From positions 1-46,729 of the IMG/VR virus record IMGVR_UViG_3300010283_000004: a stretch of 46,729 nt of DNA. The stretch is one strand, 5' to 3'. Below the pieces are notes generated by a model, which was given only the letters and a program-made list of their open reading frames with translations, was not told where the DNA came from and searched no databases. A program made the position numbers and the translations under genes. Below are positions 42,632 to 46,729 of this stretch, in pieces. How positions within the stretch are numbered: position 1 is the stretch's first letter; each line of letters opens with the position of its first letter. This DNA is from a virus.

Positions 42632-42894
42632 TGGAAAAATCGCACGGAACATTGACGGCAACATCAGCAACGCTTCACGGCACATTGTCGGCACGGACTG
42701 TTATCGGTGCTGATATTTATGACGGAGCTTATACGGTACACTCCGAAGCTCATGAAGTGCAGATATTGCCGACGGCAAACAAACAATTAACAAAAAATAT
42801 TACAGTTGAAAAAATTCCATATTTTGAAACATCTAATTTGTCCGATGGAATTACTGCATACATAGGAAGCGAGGTCGAAGTAAATTATGGCTGA
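42631..42894 (+). CDS. Hypothetical tail protein
   Basis: 87 aa with SD gaggaggtg. Confidence 0.55.
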   Translation: MEKSHGTLTATSATLHGTLSARTVIGADIYDGAYTVHSEAHEVQILPTANKQLTKNITVEKIPYFETSNLSDGITAYIGSEVEVNYG

Positions 42895-43477
42895 AAAAAA
42901 CATCTCTAAAGTGGTATATGGTGGAAAAACTTTAATCGACTTAACCGCCGATACTGTTACGGCGGCTAAGATACTTAGCACGTATACCGCCCATGATAAG
43001 AGCGGTGCTCCGATTGTAGGCACGTGCACTTTTAACGCCGATACATCTGATGCAACAGCGGCAGGCGCAGAGATTTTGAGCGGTAAAACAGCGTACGTGA
43101 ACGGCGTAAAAATTACAGGCGAGATGAAGAACAATGGCGCTGTTAGCGGCGTGATTAGCAAAAAAGCTGATAGCTACACCGTGCCTATTGGTTACCATGA
43201 CGGCGCAGGCAGGGTAGCGATCAGTACCACGGAGCAGGCTAAAATTATTGCAACCAACATCAGGGCAGGCGTATCCATCTTAGGTGTAACAGGTACGATG
43301 AGCGGCACAGAGAGTGTCAAGGTACAAGCTAAAACTGTTACGCCGACCACGACACAGCAAATCGTGTTGCCTGACAGCAGTCAAGGTTTTAACTATTTGT
43401 CGCAGGTAACAGTCAACGCTATTCCATATAATGAGAGCGACAATGCTCAGGGTGGGAAAACCGTTACCATAGGCTAA
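42887..43477 (+). CDS. Tail fibre-associated protein
   Basis: 196 aa. The N-terminus VVYGGKTLIDLTADTVTA...GAPIVGT is paralogous to the N-terminus of 43490..44194. Confidence 0.65.
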   Translation: MAEKNISKVVYGGKTLIDLTADTVTAAKILSTYTAHDKSGAPIVGTCTFNADTSDATAAGAEILSGKTAYVNGVKITGEMKNNGAVSGVISKKADSYTVPIGYHDGAGRVAISTTEQAKIIATNIRAGVSILGVTGTMSGTESVKVQAKTVTPTTTQQIVLPDSSQGFNYLSQVTVNAIPYNESDNAQGGKTVTIG

Positions 43478-43489
43478 GGAGTGTAAAAA

Positions 43490-44194
43490 ATGGCAGTAAA
43501 TAAAGTTATTTATGACGGCAACACCTTGGTAGACCTTACCGGTGATACCGTCACCGCTACCGATTTAGCAGACGGAGTAAAAGCAACCGGTGCAGACGGT
43601 AACCCTATTATAGGGTTGATGCAAAAGGTCACCATTGATACTGAGCTGTCAGCCACCAGCACAAATCCTGTTGCTAATAAAGTTGTTTACAATGCCCTAA
43701 ATAATAAACTAGATAAGACAGGTATAGCTGCCTATGCGACAAGAGACGGCTCCGGCAATATAATCACAGATACCTATGTGAAAAAATCCGAAGTTAGCGG
43801 TGGCGTTAGCACATCGGAATCTAATACATGGACGGGCAAACAGACTTTTCAAAAAATGAAATATAACTTTGAAAGTTATAATGCCCCTCGTGTTAGCGGT
43901 GCTACTGATAACCCTTCTTCGTCGGTGGTAGTATATAATGTGCAAGGTAATTTTACGCTAGATATGTCAGTATTAGCAGGTCTGCTAAGCAATGGTGACG
44001 CTACATTATTTACTGCCTATATTACTTCAAATGGAGCATACACGCTAAGCATTAATAATGCAGGTACTCTTAAATATGTAGGCACTGCTGCTGATTTGGC
44101 GATAACCAGCAGTGGCCTGCTGCTAAACGTACTGCTGACTAAAAATACCAGCGGTGACGTGACAAGTATCGCACAGGCATCTAAACTTTCGTGA
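43490..44194 (+). CDS. Tail fibre B (receptor-binding C-domain paralogous to fibre A)
   Basis: VTIDTELSATSTNPVANKVV aligns with VTIDEELSSTSINPVQNKVV. LFTAYITSNGAYTLSINNAGTLKYVGTAADLAITSSGLLLN...IAQASKLS aligns with the C-terminus of fibre A. Confidence 0.8.
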   Translation: MAVNKVIYDGNTLVDLTGDTVTATDLADGVKATGADGNPIIGLMQKVTIDTELSATSTNPVANKVVYNALNNKLDKTGIAAYATRDGSGNIITDTYVKKSEVSGGVSTSESNTWTGKQTFQKMKYNFESYNAPRVSGATDNPSSSVVVYNVQGNFTLDMSVLAGLLSNGDATLFTAYITSNGAYTLSINNAGTLKYVGTAADLAITSSGLLLNVLLTKNTSGDVTSIAQASKLS

Positions 44195-44204
44195 GGTGTA
44201 TAAC

Positions 44205-44636
44205 ATGAGTATTAATCGAATTTTGATGAAAACTAATGGTAGTATCATTGAAGGTGACGGCGTATTTATTATGACTATGGGAGGGAAGAGCAACCAGTAT
44301 GGATACAGTCGCAATAATGGCAATTATGGTGACGTCACAGGTAATGTTACACATGACGGCAGAGCCGTTACTCTTGTTATACTGAGTTATTATGGTGGAT
44401 GGCTTGACATAGCCTTTAAGGAAGAAGGTATAACAAGTGGCAGCCGTAACATTAGCCTTAACATCACTCCTATAGAAACAGGCATTACTGTGCCCCTTGC
44501 AGTTGGTAAGATGTCATATCAAGGTAGCTTAGTAGGATTTTACACCTTCCTGCAACGTGTGCCGTCCAGTATCTCTAGCATGTTTACCGCTGCTAACGTG
44601 GGAAAGAAATTTAAAGTTGAAATTGTATTTAACTAA
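44205..44636 (+). CDS. Hypothetical protein downstream of fibre B (fibre accessory/chaperone candidate)
   Basis: 143 aa from the ATG at 44205 with SD gaggtg. Confidence 0.6.
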   Translation: MSINRILMKTNGSIIEGDGVFIMTMGGKSNQYGYSRNNGNYGDVTGNVTHDGRAVTLVILSYYGGWLDIAFKEEGITSGSRNISLNITPIETGITVPLAVGKMSYQGSLVGFYTFLQRVPSSISSMFTAANVGKKFKVEIVFN

Positions 44637-44648
44637 GGAGGACTGAGG

Positions 44649-45146
44649 ATGAAAACAACTTATACATACAAAAAGCAGACCTACTCTAATTTATACGAGC
44701 TTTCCGAAGCGTTAGGCAAAGAGGGAATTTTCATTCCGCTGTCTATTACTGACGAAGCCCTCAAAGAATTAGAAGTAGACGTAACGAACGAAGATGAAAG
44801 TTTGGATAGCGTCAAAGAACATAAAATTTTAACGCTTAAAATCCAACGCGATAATCTCGAAGTAGAACCCATTGCCTATAATGGTCATAGTTATGACTAT
44901 GACAGTAAAGCACGTGACAGAATCAGTGCTGCAATTATTGCGCTGGAGTTGCAAGGCGAAGGAGCTACAATAGAGTGGACTACGGCAGATGATACTAATG
45001 TTAAGGTTACTGCTAACGACCTGCGCATGGTTATTGCCGCTGTTGCTGTGCGTAGTAATGCTTTGCACACGGCGTACAGAGCCGCTAAGGCGAAGGTCGA
45101 AGCTGCCGGCACGGCAGAAGAAGTAAGAGCTATTTGTATGGAATAA
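44649..45146 (+). CDS. DUF4376-like protein (tail-fibre-assembly associated)
   Basis: YDYDSKARDRISAAI...IEWTTADDTNVKVTANDLRMVIAAV...AKAKVEAAGTAEEVRAI fits the DUF4376 pattern. Confidence 0.55.
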   Translation: MKTTYTYKKQTYSNLYELSEALGKEGIFIPLSITDEALKELEVDVTNEDESLDSVKEHKILTLKIQRDNLEVEPIAYNGHSYDYDSKARDRISAAIIALELQGEGATIEWTTADDTNVKVTANDLRMVIAAVAVRSNALHTAYRAAKAKVEAAGTAEEVRAICME

Positions 45147-45161
45147 TTAGGAGGTTGAGAA

Positions 45162-45671
45162 ATGGATTTTTTGGCTTTGCGATATGCCGTTTATAACGCG
45201 GCGCACACTTTGACTCATGGTTTTACTTATAAATCGGTGATTGGTGCCATTTTGGCGGTTCTGCTGCACAAGCATGCGGTACTGTTCATGGTTTTCAGCG
45301 CATTGGTGTTTCTGGATTGCTTCACCCGCTGGATGTCTTTGAGCTACAAGCGCCTGCAGGGCATGGGACAAACTCCGTCTGTGATGCAGATTATTGGCGG
45401 TATTGAGGCGGCGCACGCCGAAGGGTTGATTTCCAGCGAAGTCATGAAGCATCGTTTTGTTGGAAAGCTTGTTGTTTACATTCTCTGCGTGCTTGCTGCT
45501 GTATTGGTAGATTTGGCGATGATCACGCTGTATCAGCCGGTGTGGGCTGTCCCGCTGGTGGCAGGTTATCTTGTAATCACGGAGCTGCTGAGCATCTGCG
45601 AGAACCTCAACGACGCCGGTATTGAGGCAGTGCAAGGTCTTGTTAATGTAATCAAAAAGAGAAGAGGTTGA
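45162..45671 (+). CDS. Holin (phage_holin_4_1 / TcdE-like family)
   Basis: Multiple TM segments and the family motif ITELLSICENLNDAGI. It lies directly upstream of the endolysin gene. Confidence 0.8.
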   Translation: MDFLALRYAVYNAAHTLTHGFTYKSVIGAILAVLLHKHAVLFMVFSALVFLDCFTRWMSLSYKRLQGMGQTPSVMQIIGGIEAAHAEGLISSEVMKHRFVGKLVVYILCVLAAVLVDLAMITLYQPVWAVPLVAGYLVITELLSICENLNDAGIEAVQGLVNVIKKRRG

Positions 45672-45676
45672 TTGTT

Positions 45677-46051
45677 ATGGCTATGTTATCTGCTCATTTT
45701 TCTGAGGCCGAATTTGCTTGCAAGCATTGCGGAAGGCTGCCGGCATATGGCATTAGCTCTGCATTGCTGAACGGTCTGGAACGCTTGCGTGCACGCTTAG
45801 GTCGTCCCATAAACATCACCAGCGGCTATCGTTGCCCGGTACACAATGCCAATGTAGGCGGTGTGTCTAACTCTCAGCATGTCGCAGGTACCGCCGCTGA
45901 TATCTACGTCGACGGTGTATCTACACGCGAGCTGGCCCGCATCTGCAAGCAGATTTTTGACGGTGTGGGTACTTATGTATCGCAGGGCTTTGTCCATGTT
46001 GACATGCGTGCTGGCGGCTCCGTTCCGGGCTATTATCTGTGGGAGGGCTAA
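45677..46051 (+). CDS. Endolysin, peptidase M15A family (zinc D-Ala-D-Ala carboxypeptidase-like)
   Basis: SGYRCPVHNANVGGVSNSQHVAGTAADI ... VHVD. The start is the ATG at 45677 (or the TTG at 45668). Confidence 0.85.
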   Translation: MAMLSAHFSEAEFACKHCGRLPAYGISSALLNGLERLRARLGRPINITSGYRCPVHNANVGGVSNSQHVAGTAADIYVDGVSTRELARICKQIFDGVGTYVSQGFVHVDMRAGGSVPGYYLWEG

Positions 46052-46052
46052 A

Positions 46053-46463
46053 ATGTGGAAAAAATATTGCGCAATTACTGCAGCTACATTGTGCTTGCTG
46101 TTGCCTGCCTCTGCATCGGAGGCATCATCGGCTACAACCTACACAACCTACACGATGACGGAGGCGGAAATGTCAGCACTCGACAGCAGGTTGAGTCTGC
46201 TGCTGCAGCAAACAAAGAGCACCAGGCAGGCGCTGGCAGAATCACAAGCAGCGCTGAGCGAGTCGAAGACGGAATTGAGCAAGCTCAAGACGGAATCAAT
46301 AAAGCTGCAGATAGAACTGCAAGCTCAGAGCAGCTTATTGGAGAGTGCCAACAGATCCTTGCAGGCATCCGTGCGCGAGGAGAAGCGCGTTAAAAAGCAG
46401 CGGCTGCTCTGGCAGATTATTGCTGGCAGTGTAGTTGTAGTTTTAGTCAAGGAAAAGATGTAA
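46053..46463 (+). CDS. Lysis-cassette protein: N-terminal signal-like segment, coiled coil, C-terminal TM (spanin-like?)
   Basis: 136 aa from the ATG at 46053, 5 nt after SD gggaggg. MWKKYCAITAATLCLLLPASA, then a heptad-like Q/L/S/E-rich region, then LLWQIIAGSVVVVLV. Its codon choice (ctg, cag, aag) looks like the rest of the phage. Confidence 0.5.
   Translation: MWKKYCAITAATLCLLLPASASEASSATTYTTYTMTEAEMSALDSRLSLLLQQTKSTRQALAESQAALSESKTELSKLKTESIKLQIELQAQSSLLESANRSLQASVREEKRVKKQRLLWQIIAGSVVVVLVKEKM
46055..46393 (+). CDS. Alternative overlapping frame: N-terminal TM protein (i-spanin-like?)
   Basis: 112 aa from the GTG at 46055, entirely embedded in 46053..46463 in another frame. TM segment YCSYIVLAVACLCIGGIIGY. 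It uses more gga/cga/cta codons than the phage average, judged by eye. Confidence 0.3.
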   Translation: MEKILRNYCSYIVLAVACLCIGGIIGYNLHNLHDDGGGNVSTRQQVESAAAANKEHQAGAGRITSSAERVEDGIEQAQDGINKAADRTASSEQLIGECQQILAGIRARGEAR

Positions 46464-46606
46464 AAAAAGACGTGGCAGGAAAAAGCAAGGGAACGTCGAA
46501 TTTATTATTAATAGCTTATTAAGTAATGTTCGCTTTGAATAGCTTGAACAATGGGTACATTGTGGCCGTTTTGTGTCCGCTGACAAAATGTACACCAAAG
46601 CAATTT

Positions 46607-46729
46607 AATTACAATAGATGTAGCTTAGTTGCTTCAATCCCTTATTTAAGGCAGTTTTCAACTAATATAAATGAAATCTTATGGCTGTAAAATACCTATG
46701 ATGAAGCCAATTCTATTGACGAGCCATGT
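46607..46729. repeat. Direct terminal repeat, right copy (identical to 1..123)
   Basis: Exact 123-bp match to the window start. Confidence 0.95.

Noticed and set aside
1-46729. Genome-wide UGA recoding (alternative genetic code), prompted by the UCA tRNA.
   Set aside because: All structural and replication genes are intact under the standard code. TGA serves as the stop in several ATGA stop/start overlaps, for example at 13580..13583, 21382..21385 and 32952..32955.

Overview
The window is a complete temperate contractile-tailed (myovirus-type) phage genome. Bases 1-123 are identical to bases 46607-46729, so the unique unit is 46,606 bp and is circularly closed or terminally redundant.

Gene order:
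- Lysogeny module on the minus strand: tyrosine integrase, two cargo genes (an unknown 335-aa protein and a DinD homologue), an ImmA-like protease and an ImmR/CI-like repressor.
- Divergent switch region with four copies of a TCACG-N3-CGTGA operator.
- Plus-strand early genes: Cro-like, BRO-N antirepressor, Xis-type HTH, and a LysM/YneA-like protein.
- Replication and recombination module: Gp157-like, AAA_24-type ATPase, DUF669-type SSB with an SSB-like DEEIPF tail, Toprim primase fused to a D5/DUF927-type helicase, an iteron origin, an SF2 helicase and a VRR-NUC nuclease.
- A sigma-70 region-4-like late regulator.
- An AT-rich accessory region.
- Packaging, head, contractile tail with Mu-like baseplate and PAAR tip, duplicated tail-fibre cassettes, holin, and an M15 endolysin.

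Strong GGAGG-type ribosome-binding sites and the ImmR/ImmA, YneA-like and holin_4 family calls point to a Firmicutes host (Clostridia or Negativicutes). The host cannot be named from the sequence alone.

Observations most worth a second look:
1. A three-gene island at 17971-19270 with its own promoter and terminators on both sides. Its layout matches a toxin-antitoxin-chaperone (TAC) module. The third gene is clearly SecB-like. The first gene carries an H-G-T ... G-x-G-V-Y-F motif resembling H-Y-E ADP-ribosyltransferases, not the small RNase toxins known for TAC systems.
2. A portal protein with a C-terminal DUF4258/RelE-fold-like toxin domain, followed by a small acidic candidate immunity gene and a terminator.
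3. A stand-alone class II tRNA with a hand-folded UCA (opal-reading) anticodon.
4. A candidate injected Cys/His effector with small partner genes just upstream of the terminase genes.
5. An unknown 335-aa cargo gene between immA and int.

All function calls come from motif recognition by eye. No database search was possible. Statements about GC content are visual impressions, not computed values.
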